Shown: positions 52,548 to 62,778, counted from the first letter of the stretch. The stretch: DNA of 64,000 bases from Candidatus Uhrbacteria bacterium (GCA_943359325.1 CALRHD010000002.1:4629-68628), one strand, 5' to 3'. A program made the numbers and translations. The notes: generated by a model not told the origin, from the letters alone.

Positions 52548-53570
52548 ATGCGAACGCCAATCTCCGATTTTGATTATATTCTTCCTTCCGAGTTCATCGC
52601 GCAAACTCCTTTAACGCCGCGTGACGCGTCGAAGCTCCTCGTGATGGACCGTGAGAGTGGCGCAGTCTCGCACCATATTTTTCGCGATATTGTCGATTTC
52701 CTTCGACACGACGACGTCCTTGTTTTTAACCAGTCAAAAGTTTTTAACGCTCGACTTACATTTTTTTTCCTTTCCAAAGAGATTGAAATTTTCGTTCTCC
52801 GCATTCGCGACAACGAAATGGATGCGCTCGTTCGTCCTCTTAAGAAAATTATTTTTGACGGAATATGGACGATCGGATGTTTTACTCCTATAGCAAAAAC
52901 TACTGATGGCATTGTGACGTTTCACACAGGAATGACCGCAGCAGAGATGTTTGCGTATTGCGATGAGCACGGCAGCGCGCCAACGCCGCCGTATGTCACG
53001 AGACCACTCGCTGATGCGTCGCAGTACCAAACGGTGTATGCAAAAGATGCCGGCTCTGTTGCCGCACCGACGGCGGGGCTGCACTTTACGCCGGAATTGC
53101 TCGAACGCATTCGCGCAAAAGGTGTGCAAATGGAATGTGTGACGCTTCATGTGGGTATTGGCACGTTTCGTCCTATGCAATCGGCAACGATTGAGGAGCA
53201 TGTAATGCATAGCGAGTGGGTGTCGATCGACGATGCGACCGCACAGCGTATTGTGGAAGCAAAAAAATCCGGCCGCCGCATTATTGCCGTTGGCACAACA
53301 ACGGTGCGAGTGCTGGAAGGAGTCACGCTGCGTCGCGGTCAGCTTGAGGGCTATACGGAGGAGGTCGACATGTTCATCACTCCCGGTTTTTCATTTCGTA
53401 TTGTCGATGGTCTTATTACAAACTTTCATCTCCCAAAGTCGACGTTACTCGTTCTCGTTTCCGCCTTCGCCGGCCGTGAACACGTTCTCGCTGCATATAA
53501 AGAGGCAAAACGTCAGAATTATCGGTTCTTTTCGTTCGGAGATGCGATGTTTGTCGTCCCAGACGCCTAG
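52548..53570 (+). CDS. queA: S-adenosylmethionine:tRNA ribosyltransferase-isomerase
   Basis: DFDYILP, YQTVYA, AAPTAGLHF, AVGTT, TNFHLPKST, FFSFGDAM. Confidence 0.96.
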   Translation: MRTPISDFDYILPSEFIAQTPLTPRDASKLLVMDRESGAVSHHIFRDIVDFLRHDDVLVFNQSKVFNARLTFFFLSKEIEIFVLRIRDNEMDALVRPLKKIIFDGIWTIGCFTPIAKTTDGIVTFHTGMTAAEMFAYCDEHGSAPTPPYVTRPLADASQYQTVYAKDAGSVAAPTAGLHFTPELLERIRAKGVQMECVTLHVGIGTFRPMQSATIEEHVMHSEWVSIDDATAQRIVEAKKSGRRIIAVGTTTVRVLEGVTLRRGQLEGYTEEVDMFITPGFSFRIVDGLITNFHLPKSTLLVLVSAFAGREHVLAAYKEAKRQNYRFFSFGDAMFVVPDA

Positions 53571-53604
53571 CGTCTGGGACGAGGGGCGTCTGGGACGCCT
53601 CCTC
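53554..53604. repeat. Tandem GC-rich hairpins built from a GCGTCTGGGACG motif at the queA 3' end
   Basis: TCGTCCCAGACGC-CTA-GCGTCTGGGACGA (13-bp stem) then GAGGGGCGTC-TGG-GACGCCTCCTC. Confidence 0.7.
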
Positions 53605-53825
53605 GATTGACGTCCTCATGTGATTCCGCTACTCTTTCTGCACTTATCCCACTCTGCCCCCAGGGCTTTGTTTGGGATAACCCCCAACAAAGTGCCCAAC
53701 GAAGCCGAAGGCGTAGTGGTACGAAGTGGGGTTTATTCATCTTTCAGATCCGAATTTCGCTGTCGGCCCTTGCCCTGTTTACGGGGTTCCGTCAGTCCGG
53801 ATCGTTGTAAAAAAGGATTTACATT

Positions 53826-54659
53826 ATGGCACTTCCCGAACTCCTCGACATGTTGAAGGCTGGCGTTCACTTCGGCCACCAGTCGTCCCGTTGGCACCCC
53901 AAGATGGCTCCGTACATTTACGGTGTTCGCGGTGGTGTCCACGTCATGGACCTTGAAAAAACACGCGAACAAATTGCAAAAACGACGAGCTACGTCGAAG
54001 CGCTTGTTGCGCGCGGCGGCAGTGTGATGTTCGTTGGCACAAAACGTCAGGCGCAGGACATCGTCGCAAAGTACGCATTGTCGTGCGGCATGCCGTATGT
54101 CAACACCCGTTGGCTCGGTGGAACGTTTACGAACTTTCCACAAATTTCAAAGCTCATTAAAACGTACTTGGAATTGAAAGACAAAACGGAAAAAGGTGAG
54201 TTGAAAAAATATACAAAACTCGAGCAGTTGCAGTTTGCGCGCCAGATTGTTGAGCTCGAAGAAAAAATCGGCGGCATTTCGACCATGATGCGCTTGCCAG
54301 AAGTCGTGTTCATGTTCGACGCACGTCACGACAAAACCGCAGTGCGTGAAGCGCTTGCGATGAAGGTGAAAATTATTGCGATTTGCGATACGAATGTGAA
54401 CCCTGTGGGCATCGACTATGTCATTCCTGCGAACGACGACGCTGTTGGTTCTCTCGATATGATTGCACATTGCATTGCCGACGCGGTGAATGCAGGCAAG
54501 GCAAAAGGCATTGCGTCGCGCGCCGCAGCCGCAGCAGTGCTCGCACGACCATCGGCGGAAGAAGACGTGAAGGTGGCAGCGAAGGACCAGGAGGCAGTCG
54601 AGGATATGGACGACGCCATGAAAGAAAAACTCGTCGCAGAAGCCCAAGATAAAAAATAA
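53826..54659 (+). CDS. rpsB: 30S ribosomal protein S2
   Basis: AGVHFGH, FVGTKRQA, RWLGG, DTNVNP, PANDD. Confidence 0.98.
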   Translation: MALPELLDMLKAGVHFGHQSSRWHPKMAPYIYGVRGGVHVMDLEKTREQIAKTTSYVEALVARGGSVMFVGTKRQAQDIVAKYALSCGMPYVNTRWLGGTFTNFPQISKLIKTYLELKDKTEKGELKKYTKLEQLQFARQIVELEEKIGGISTMMRLPEVVFMFDARHDKTAVREALAMKVKIIAICDTNVNPVGIDYVIPANDDAVGSLDMIAHCIADAVNAGKAKGIASRAAAAAVLARPSAEEDVKVAAKDQEAVEDMDDAMKEKLVAEAQDKK

Positions 54660-54660
54660 T

Positions 54661-55257
54661 ATGAACATTACCGCAAGCGACGTCATGAAACTTCGTGAGA
54701 TGACGGGTGCCGGCATGATGGAGGCAAAAGGTGCCTTGGCGCAGGCCGATGGCAACATGGAAAAAGCGGTCGATATTTTGCGCGCAAGCGGTGCGGCAAA
54801 GATGGCAAAGAAGGCCGAACGCACAACGGCAGAAGGTCGTGTCCATGGGTACGTGCATAGCAACGGCAAGTTAGCCGTGCTTGTCGAAGTCATGTGTGAA
54901 ACCGACTTTGTGGCGCGTAACGAACAGTTCGTCGACTTCTGTGGCGACTTGGCCATGCACATTGCCGCAAGCGCTCCGCAATATGTCACCCGCGAACAAG
55001 TGCCGAGCGAAATTGTTGAAAAAGAACGTGCGATCATTGCCGAAAGTCTCGCAAGCGAAAACAAACCGGCAGAAATCATGGCGAAAATTGTCGAAGGCCG
55101 TTTGAGTAAGTTCTACGCCGACGTTTGCCTTATGGAACAGGCATTCGTAAAAGACGACAGCATGACGATCACCCAACTTCTCGAACAACGTATTACCCAA
55201 ATTGGAGAAAACATTCGCATCGGGCGATTTACGCGCATGCAGTTGGGGGTTGAGTAG
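54661..55257 (+). CDS. tsf: Elongation factor Ts (short form)
   Basis: LREMTGAGMM, CETDFVA. Confidence 0.97.
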   Translation: MNITASDVMKLREMTGAGMMEAKGALAQADGNMEKAVDILRASGAAKMAKKAERTTAEGRVHGYVHSNGKLAVLVEVMCETDFVARNEQFVDFCGDLAMHIAASAPQYVTREQVPSEIVEKERAIIAESLASENKPAEIMAKIVEGRLSKFYADVCLMEQAFVKDDSMTITQLLEQRITQIGENIRIGRFTRMQLGVE

Positions 55258-55268
55258 CAAAAAATAAC

Positions 55269-55296
55269 AAGCGGAGCCGCGGTGGTTCCGCTTTTG
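55269..55296 (+). terminator. Intrinsic terminator after tsf
   Basis: AAGCGGAGCC-GCGGT-GGTTCCGCTT-TTG. Confidence 0.7.
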
Positions 55297-55330
55297 TGTT
55301 ATACTCACAGCAGAAATTTTCATGGGGGCT

Positions 55331-56329
55331 ATGGCGCGGATTGCGATAAATGGTTTTGGGAGGATTGGGCGGAGTACGCTTAAGGCGGGGTGGGGGCGGA
55401 GCGGTTTTGACGTTGTGGCGATCAATGACTTGACCGACGCTGCGACGTTGGCGTATTTATTGCAGCACGATACGAATTACGGCATGTGGGACGTTGATGT
55501 GAAAGTGGGCAAAAATATGCTCGTTATCGACGGTGTAAAAATTCCCATTTACGCGGAGAAAGATCCGTCAACGCTTCCGTGGAAAAAGCTCAAAGTTGAC
55601 GTGGTTATTGAGTCGACAGGTTTTTTTGTCACCGAAGAAGGTGCAATGGCACACATAAAAGCAGGTGCAAAGCGTGTTGTGATTTCTGCTCCTGCAAAAG
55701 GCGGCAATGTGCCGACGTATGTGCTCGGCGTGAACGGTGACCATCTCGCACACGAATCGGCAGCAATACTGAACAATGCGTCATGCACCACAAACAGCGT
55801 TGCTCCTGTTACAGAAGTGATGGATCGTGTGTTTGGTGTCAAAAAGGCGATGTTGACGACTGTGCATGGCATGACGGCGTCGCAGTCTCTTGTCGACAGT
55901 CCAAAAAAAGATGTGCGCGAAGGGCGTGCGGCATCGCAGAATATTATCCCGACGACAACCGGTGCGGCCATCGCGGTTACACAAACGCTTCCACAGCTTG
56001 TGGGTAAGTTCGACGGGCTGTCGATTCGTGTGCCGATTTCTACGGTGTCACTTTCCGACATGACGTTTGTGCTGAAAAAGAAAGTCACGAAGGAAGACGT
56101 CAACAACGCACTCATCGCCGCGTCGAAAAGCAAGCGCTACCTTGGCATTCTTGGCGTCTCTCACGAACCGCTTGTGTCGAGCGACTATATTGGCGACCCG
56201 CATTCATGTATTGTCGACCTTGCGCTCACGAATGTTGTCGACGGTGACCTCGTAAAAGTTGTTGCGTGGTACGATAATGAATGGGGTTACGCGAACAGGC
56301 TGTGTGAATTAGCATTAACGATTGGATAA
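55331..56329 (+). CDS. gap: Glyceraldehyde-3-phosphate dehydrogenase type I
   Basis: INGFGRIGR, NASCTTN, WYDNEWGY. Confidence 0.97.
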   Translation: MARIAINGFGRIGRSTLKAGWGRSGFDVVAINDLTDAATLAYLLQHDTNYGMWDVDVKVGKNMLVIDGVKIPIYAEKDPSTLPWKKLKVDVVIESTGFFVTEEGAMAHIKAGAKRVVISAPAKGGNVPTYVLGVNGDHLAHESAAILNNASCTTNSVAPVTEVMDRVFGVKKAMLTTVHGMTASQSLVDSPKKDVREGRAASQNIIPTTTGAAIAVTQTLPQLVGKFDGLSIRVPISTVSLSDMTFVLKKKVTKEDVNNALIAASKSKRYLGILGVSHEPLVSSDYIGDPHSCIVDLALTNVVDGDLVKVVAWYDNEWGYANRLCELALTIG

Positions 56330-56333
56330 CTAT

Positions 56334-56828
56334 ATGCGAACAGAATCTTTTTTCGACCGTCTTGGAAGCACCGCACAGCAACGTTTTTTTGGAGTCAGTT
56401 TTATTGCATTACGCATTGCACTCGGCGGCATGTTCTTTTTTTCAGGGCTTGCAAAGTTCGGCGAGTGGAGCGCGGAGAGTTATTTACTGAAAGCATCGGG
56501 TCCTTTTGCTGCGTGGTTCCAGTCGCTTGCGGGGAATGGTGTTGTTGACGCACTGAACGCGTGGGGCATGGTGCTCATTGGCCTTGCGCTCGTTATTGGC
56601 TTCTTGGTTCGGCCTGCGGCGATTGCAGGTATCGCAATGATGACACTTTACTATTTTGCACATTTTGTGGAGAACACGGCCTATGGCTACATCGACCAGC
56701 ACGTCATTTTTGCCCTCGTATTTTTCCTATTCGCTGCAGGTGGTGCGGGTAATGTGTTTGGACTAAACGCACTTGCCCTCCGTTCGTTGCGCCACCCGAA
56801 CGCATTTGCAAAATATATGTTGGGGTAG
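56334..56828 (+). CDS. DoxX-family membrane protein
   Basis: LRIALG.MF..SG..K, IGLALVIG...R.A, four TMs, AGNVFGLN. Confidence 0.85.
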   Translation: MRTESFFDRLGSTAQQRFFGVSFIALRIALGGMFFFSGLAKFGEWSAESYLLKASGPFAAWFQSLAGNGVVDALNAWGMVLIGLALVIGFLVRPAAIAGIAMMTLYYFAHFVENTAYGYIDQHVIFALVFFLFAAGGAGNVFGLNALALRSLRHPNAFAKYMLG

Positions 56829-56837
56829 TGGTCTACT

Positions 56838-58082
56838 ATGGAACATCGTCCCCGCGTCGTTATTATCGGTGGAGGGTTTGGGGGTTTGCGCACAGCGTTG
56901 TTGTTGTCGCGTCAGCGCATGCCACTCGAAATCATTCTTGTTGATGCGAACGACGTGCATGTGTACACGCCGTGGTTGTACGAAGTTGCGTCGGGGCGTA
57001 CGGATGGTGTTTCCGAGCGTCATCGCCGACGCTTGCGCCACTCGGCGAGTTTTCCGTTTATCGATATTCTGCGCGGCACGAATGTGATGTTTCGTAAGGC
57101 AGTTTTGAAGAACGTCGACGCAGAACGCCGTCACGTACTTTTTGCGGACGGGAGCACACTTGCATTCGACTCACTCGTGCTTGCAGTAGGGAGTGAATCC
57201 GCAATATTTGGCATTCCCGGACTTGAGCGTCACGCCTTGCAACTCAAAACGGTTACAGATGCTATTGCCATTGAAAACAATATTACCTCACAACTCAAGA
57301 ATGACAACGCTCTCCATATTTTCGTCGCAGGTGCAGGTTCGAGTGGCGTTGAACTTGTTGCTGAGTTGGCAACAATGGTCGGTGCGCGGCAACGGCGCGG
57401 GTCGTTGCCAAAGGGTGAGGTGAAATTTTCGCTTGTCGACGCGGCGAGCAGCGTGCTTTCGATGTGTAGTCACGGTGTGCAGGTTGCAACGCTTCGGCGC
57501 TTGCAAAAACTCGGCATCACCGTGTTGCTCGACACGATGGTAACGAAAGTGGCAGAGGACATGGTGACGCTTGCACCGAGGCAGCGCTTGCCACTTTCTT
57601 CGTCGCGCGAAGTGCCGTACACCTGTTTTGTGTGGTGCGGCGGTGTTGCGCCGAACCATGTGACGTTGGCGTTGCCTTTCACGAAGGACGCCCGCGGCCG
57701 CATTGCCGTTGATGTGTCGTTCGAAATATTGGGACATGCAAACATTTTTGCACTGGGAGATGCGGTTGCGATGGCGGATTTCGACCTTCCCGCCACCGCA
57801 CAGGCGGCAGATGAAACCGCAAAGACTGTTGCGGAAAATGTCGTGCGTGGTTTGCGGCGTCGCGCACTTAAAAAATATGTGCCGCCACGTCGGTGGCCAT
57901 TTGTTGTCGCAGTCGGCGGTGCGTATGGTGTTGCTGATGTGTTTGGATTGACGCTGACAGGTTGGCCTGCGTATGCACTTCGTCGTCTTGCAGATTTGCG
58001 GTACTGCGTTCGTACATTTCGATTTTTTACTGCGCTTCGTGTGTGGCGATTGCGTATGAAATTTTATGGCAAAAACGATTAG
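56838..58082 (+). CDS. NAD(P)/FAD-dependent oxidoreductase, type II NADH dehydrogenase-like
   Basis: GGGFGG, YTPWLYEVASG, FGIPG, GAGSSGVELVAE, FALGD, ATAQAA. Confidence 0.85.
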   Translation: MEHRPRVVIIGGGFGGLRTALLLSRQRMPLEIILVDANDVHVYTPWLYEVASGRTDGVSERHRRRLRHSASFPFIDILRGTNVMFRKAVLKNVDAERRHVLFADGSTLAFDSLVLAVGSESAIFGIPGLERHALQLKTVTDAIAIENNITSQLKNDNALHIFVAGAGSSGVELVAELATMVGARQRRGSLPKGEVKFSLVDAASSVLSMCSHGVQVATLRRLQKLGITVLLDTMVTKVAEDMVTLAPRQRLPLSSSREVPYTCFVWCGGVAPNHVTLALPFTKDARGRIAVDVSFEILGHANIFALGDAVAMADFDLPATAQAADETAKTVAENVVRGLRRRALKKYVPPRRWPFVVAVGGAYGVADVFGLTLTGWPAYALRRLADLRYCVRTFRFFTALRVWRLRMKFYGKND

Positions 58083-59133
58083 TGGACTTCGCACGTGGAC
58101 TGCCGCCGACATTCCTACAGGATGCCGTGTGCTTGTGCGTGTTGATGCGAATGTCACCATAAAAAATGGTCGAGCAGATATTTCAGCGAGCGGAAGAATT
58201 GCGCGGAGCATTCCCGAAATAAAAAAACTGCTCAAACGTCATGCGCGGATTATTTTAATGACGCATCTCGGAAGTGATACGGAATCAACTGCGCCGATCG
58301 CAAAAGCTTTCTCACAATTGCTTGATCGCCCTGTTCTTCTTGCGAAGGACGTTGTCGGGAAAGACGCGTCACAACTTTCCGCACTGCTTGAGCCGGGTAG
58401 CGTCATGATGCTCGAGAATTTGCGTAGCGATAGAGGGGAGGAAGAGAACGATGTCGCGTTTGCAAGACATCTTGCCCTCCTCGGCGACGTATATGTGAAC
58501 AACGCATTTGGTGTATGTCACCGAAAACATGCGTCTGTTGTTGCAATGACGAAGTGTCTCCCGAGTTTTGCGGGAGAGCTATTGGTGCGTGAAGTCAGTG
58601 AGTTGACGCAGCCGATCGCAAAACCATTTGTTCTTGTTGTCGGTGGGGTGAAAATAGATACGAAACTCCCGTTGCTTGAAAAGCTTGGTGTGCATGCTTC
58701 CTGTGTTGTCGTTGGCAGCGCGCTTGCCGACGAACTTGCGCATCATCCAAAACTTTCAAAACACGTTCACAGCCTTCTCGGTGATAAACTTCAATTGCCT
58801 ATCGATCTTCGCCGTGATGCGGATCATCATGCATTCGACGTTGGAGCGAAAACTGAAAAAATGTTTGCAACGTGGCTTGAGGGCGCTGCGACAATTTTGT
58901 GGAACGGCCCCGTTGGTGTCGTTGAGCACGCGGCTGGCCGTCATGGTACTACGGCGCTCGCCAATGCGATCATGGCGTCGTCCGCCCGCACTATTGTTGG
59001 CGGCGGCGATACGGTTGCATTCCTCGAGTCAATGAAGATAACAAAACAATTCTCGTGGGTCTCAACAGGCGGCGGCGCGATGCTTGCTCTTTTGGCTGGT
59101 GAAAAACTTCCGGGGCTTGAGGTGTTACGGTGA
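58066..59133 (+). CDS. pgk: Phosphoglycerate kinase (compact)
   Basis: VRVDANV, THLG, LENLR, NNAFGVCHR, WNGPVG, GGGDT, STGGGA. Confidence 0.93.
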   Translation: MAKTISGLRTWTAADIPTGCRVLVRVDANVTIKNGRADISASGRIARSIPEIKKLLKRHARIILMTHLGSDTESTAPIAKAFSQLLDRPVLLAKDVVGKDASQLSALLEPGSVMMLENLRSDRGEEENDVAFARHLALLGDVYVNNAFGVCHRKHASVVAMTKCLPSFAGELLVREVSELTQPIAKPFVLVVGGVKIDTKLPLLEKLGVHASCVVVGSALADELAHHPKLSKHVHSLLGDKLQLPIDLRRDADHHAFDVGAKTEKMFATWLEGAATILWNGPVGVVEHAAGRHGTTALANAIMASSARTIVGGGDTVAFLESMKITKQFSWVSTGGGAMLALLAGEKLPGLEVLR

Positions 59134-59200
59134 AAGATTTTTCTGCACGGCCGCTTTGTTTTCTGCTATACTTCAGACAATTGCTTTTCATATTTATTTT

Positions 59201-59980
59201 ATGGCAACAAACGGGGGAGGTTTTTGGCCGCGATGGGACGAGCATAAATTATTTTTTGTATTGCTCGCGATATTGATGGTGTATGCAACGGTGCTCGTAT
59301 TTGTACACATTGAGAAGACGATTGTTGAAGTACGTGGCGTGGGGTTTGCCGATCAAACTGCGCCAACGATTTCGGTGACCGGTGAAGGTAAAGCAAGTGC
59401 GGTGCCCGACATTGCAAAAGTCGATATGATCGTGACGAATAAGGCGGCAAACACGTCGGCGGCACAAAGTGTAAACACCACGGTTATGAATGGGCTTATT
59501 GCGGCTATGCGGAATGCGGGGGTTGCGGAGAAGGATTTGAAAACGTCATCGTATAGTGTGTATCCCGTGTACGATTATGACGTGAGTCCTGCAACGATTA
59601 CCGGCTACGAAGCGTCGCAAACATTGAGTGTGACAATCCGCGATACTGAAAAATCGGGTGCAATTTTGGAAGCGGCAGGCAGCAATGGTGCGACGCAGAT
59701 TGGGAGTCTTCGTATGGAGGTTGACGATGAAACTGACGTGAAGAGCGAAGCGCGAAAGGCGGCGATTGCGGATGCACGCGCTGAGGCCGAGAGTATCGCA
59801 GCGGCGATGGATGCACGTCTTGGACGTGTCGTAAGTTATTACGAGTCAGAAGGTGGAAGTATGGGCTTTTATTACGAAGGGGCGATGTTGTCCGATAGCA
59901 TGAAAGTGGGCGCACCCGACATTGCAGAAGGGGAAAACGAAACGAACATTACGGTGACAATGACATACGCCATTCAGTAA
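59201..59980 (+). CDS. SIMPL (DUF541) domain protein
   Basis: TISVTGEGKASAVPD, ARKAAIADAR. Confidence 0.9.
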   Translation: MATNGGGFWPRWDEHKLFFVLLAILMVYATVLVFVHIEKTIVEVRGVGFADQTAPTISVTGEGKASAVPDIAKVDMIVTNKAANTSAAQSVNTTVMNGLIAAMRNAGVAEKDLKTSSYSVYPVYDYDVSPATITGYEASQTLSVTIRDTEKSGAILEAAGSNGATQIGSLRMEVDDETDVKSEARKAAIADARAEAESIAAAMDARLGRVVSYYESEGGSMGFYYEGAMLSDSMKVGAPDIAEGENETNITVTMTYAIQ

Positions 59981-59988
59981 ATCTGCAA

Positions 59989-60123
59989 CTCTCCCATCAC
60001 AACATACTCCGCTCCTTGTGAAGCCCCGCAGCCGTAGTCCGTACAGCAAGGCCTCGGCTTACGCCGGCCACGGACTGACGGGCGGTGCTACACTGCGTCG
60101 CAAAGTATGTTATGACGGGAGAG
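59989..60123. repeat. Palindromic element family 2, copy C
   Basis: Outer arms CTCTCCCATCACAACATACT/AGTATGTTATGACGGGAGAG around the conserved core. Confidence 0.9.
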
Positions 60124-60146
60124 ATCGGAGAAAATTAGAAGGAGTT

Positions 60147-61415
60147 ATGAAAGAACGTATTGACGTTATTCATGCACACGAAATTCTCGATTCGCGTGGA
60201 AACCCCACGTTGAACGTGACGGTGATGCTCAAAAACGGCCTGCGAGGGAGTGCATCGGTGCCGAGTGGAGCGTCGACGGGAGTTCATGAGGCGCTTGAAT
60301 TGCGAGACGGCGACATGTCGCGGTACCGTGGCAAAGGTGTGCGAAAGGCAGTAAAGAATGTAAATGTGACGATTGCAAAAGCGCTGCGTGGCATGGACGT
60401 TTTTGACGTTCGAGCGCTCGACGACGCAATGCGTATTATCGATGGTACGGAGAATAAGCATGTGCTTGGCGCGAACGCCATTCTCGGCGTGTCGCTTGCG
60501 TGCGCACATGCGGGTGCACGGAGGGCGAACACGCCGCTTTACGAACACATTCGCAATGTGTTCGGGTTACGCTACAACGGGTTTACGCTGCCAACGCCGT
60601 TCATGAACGTGTTTAACGGCGGCCTGCATGCCGACACGAATCTCGACATGCAGGAATTTATTATTATTCCCCACGGATTTAAAAAGTATTCTCGAAAAGT
60701 ACAGGCGGGGAGTGAGATTTTTCATGCGCTTGGTGACGTGCTGCACGCTGATGGGCTCGACACGGATGTGGGGAACGAAGGCGGCTACGCACCAAACGTC
60801 GGCAAAACAGAAGTTGCGCTCGAGTATTTGGCAAAGGCGACAAAAAAAGCAAAATATAAACTTGGTGGTGAAATTGGATTCGGCATCGACGTTGCAGCGA
60901 GTGAGTTCTATGACGCCAAAAAGGACAGGTATATTTTACGGACAGACAGACGGAAATTGAATGGGGGAGAGATGATTGATTTGTATGAGCAGTGGCTGAA
61001 GAAATATCCACTCATGTCGGTTGAAGACGGGCTCGACCAAGACGCATGGGTGGACTGGGCGATGCTCACCAAGCGTCTTGGCAAAAAAATGCTGCTCGTC
61101 GGGGATGATCTTTTTGTAACGAATGTAGAACGAGTGAAAATGGGACTTTCGCAAAAAGTTGCGAACGCCGTGCTCATAAAGCCAAACCAGATTGGTACGC
61201 TCTCGGAAACGATCGATACTATTCTGCTTGCGCAGAAGCACAAATATAAAATAGTTATCTCGCACCGTTCAGGAGAAACAAGCGACACAACGATTGCCGA
61301 CCTCGCCGTTGCGGTGAACGCGCAGTACATCAAGTCGGGCGCACCTTCGCGTTCGGAGCGGCTTTCGAAATATAATCGACTGCTTGAAATTGAGGAGGAG
61401 CTAGATGGAATTTGA
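60147..61415 (+). CDS. eno: Enolase
   Basis: EILDSRGNPT, VPSGASTG, GDDLFVTN, KPNQIG, SHRSGET; SD GAAGGAG before ATG 60147. Confidence 0.98.
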   Translation: MKERIDVIHAHEILDSRGNPTLNVTVMLKNGLRGSASVPSGASTGVHEALELRDGDMSRYRGKGVRKAVKNVNVTIAKALRGMDVFDVRALDDAMRIIDGTENKHVLGANAILGVSLACAHAGARRANTPLYEHIRNVFGLRYNGFTLPTPFMNVFNGGLHADTNLDMQEFIIIPHGFKKYSRKVQAGSEIFHALGDVLHADGLDTDVGNEGGYAPNVGKTEVALEYLAKATKKAKYKLGGEIGFGIDVAASEFYDAKKDRYILRTDRRKLNGGEMIDLYEQWLKKYPLMSVEDGLDQDAWVDWAMLTKRLGKKMLLVGDDLFVTNVERVKMGLSQKVANAVLIKPNQIGTLSETIDTILLAQKHKYKIVISHRSGETSDTTIADLAVAVNAQYIKSGAPSRSERLSKYNRLLEIEEELDGI

Positions 61416-61416
61416 C

Positions 61417-61504
61417 GCCCCCGCAGCCGCAGTCCGTACGGCAAGGCCTCGGCTTACGCCGGCCACGGACTGACGGGCGGTGCCGAACGACGTCGCAAAG
61501 CATG
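61417..61504. repeat. Palindromic element family 2, copy D (left arm missing)
   Basis: About 85 nt identical to copy B except for one base. Confidence 0.9.
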
Positions 61505-61541
61505 TAGTATAGGGATATACACCATGCTAGTCGCTCGATCG

Positions 61542-62765
61542 CTACGCGGCGAGTTCGTGATCGTAATGCCAGCCGCTTGTGCGTTCGAGGAGCATGGTAC
61601 CTGCGGTTGTGGCACGCTGCCAAGCATGTTGGCCGAAGCGTTTTTGTATGGTGTTGAGTGCGCCAAGTACAGAATGCATTTTTTCGGTTTTGCGAAAGAG
61701 TGATGGGGGTACACTATTTTTTTGCAGTGCGCTGACGGTAACGCCGATGAGTCGAACACCGCGTGCATAGTCGATGTTTGGCAGCAAAATACTCCACGCA
61801 CTTTTTGCAATGCCAAGCCCGTCACGCAAGGGTTCCTTGAATAGTTTGTCGCCGCCCATCTGTGAAAAGTCCCCGTAACGAACGAATGCGTTCACGCGAA
61901 AGCCGACAACATAGCCGTGCTGCATTCGTGAGGCGACGCGGTCGGAAAGTGCTAAGAGATTTTTCCATACGTCATGTTTGGTTAGGAGATTGGCAGGAAA
62001 AGTGTACGAATGACCAATAGACTTTGCAGGGGCGTCGACGGCGAGCGGTGTGTTGTCTTTTCCATGTGCGGCATTTGAGAGCCATGCACCATGACTCTTG
62101 AACCGCGCAACGAGTTGTTCTCGTGAAATTGCGCGAAGTGTGGCGACTGACGTTGCACCCATTGTTTCGAGTGCGCGTTCGGTTTGCCTGCCAATGCCAC
62201 AAAACTCTTTGAGCGGCCGCGTGGCAACAAACGCTGCAACATTTTCTGGTAGTACAACGGTGAGGCCATTTGGTTTTACTGATTCGCTCGCAAGTTTTGC
62301 AACAAGTTTGTTTGGCGCAACGCCGATGGACGCCGTGCACGCACTTCCACACGCCGCTTTGAGTTCCGCACGAATCGTCTGCGCCAGAAGTGTCGCGCCG
62401 AAATAATCTTGCGCGCTCTGTGTAACGTCGAGAAAGACTTCGTCGGTGCTGAATTGTTCAAGCTGATCCGCATATTTTGTACAGATAGTAATAAGACGAT
62501 TGGTAATGTCGCTATATTTTTGAGGGTCTCCGGGGAGAATAATGAGTTCGGGGCATATTTTTTTCGCTTCCCATGTGGACATTGCAGTTTTGACACCGCG
62601 CGCTTTTGCTTCTCGTGATGCCGTCGCCACTACAGAGCGCGTCGACCCTCCCAATCCCTTACCCTTTCCACCAACCGCAATTGCTTTCCCGCGTAGAAAC
62701 GGATTCGCCTGCTGCTCGACGCTCGCAAAGTAGCTATTGAAATCGATGTGCATGAGTATGGGCAT
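61542..62765 (-). CDS. dinB: Y-family DNA polymerase IV
   Basis: HIDFNSYFASVEQ, SREAKARG, STDEVFLD, NKLVAKLAS, KPNG, little-finger domain. Confidence 0.93.
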   Translation of the reverse strand: MPILMHIDFNSYFASVEQQANPFLRGKAIAVGGKGKGLGGSTRSVVATASREAKARGVKTAMSTWEAKKICPELIILPGDPQKYSDITNRLITICTKYADQLEQFSTDEVFLDVTQSAQDYFGATLLAQTIRAELKAACGSACTASIGVAPNKLVAKLASESVKPNGLTVVLPENVAAFVATRPLKEFCGIGRQTERALETMGATSVATLRAISREQLVARFKSHGAWLSNAAHGKDNTPLAVDAPAKSIGHSYTFPANLLTKHDVWKNLLALSDRVASRMQHGYVVGFRVNAFVRYGDFSQMGGDKLFKEPLRDGLGIAKSAWSILLPNIDYARGVRLIGVTVSALQKNSVPPSLFRKTEKMHSVLGALNTIQKRFGQHAWQRATTAGTMLLERTSGWHYDHELAA

Positions 62766-62778
62766 ATGGAGAGTGCTT

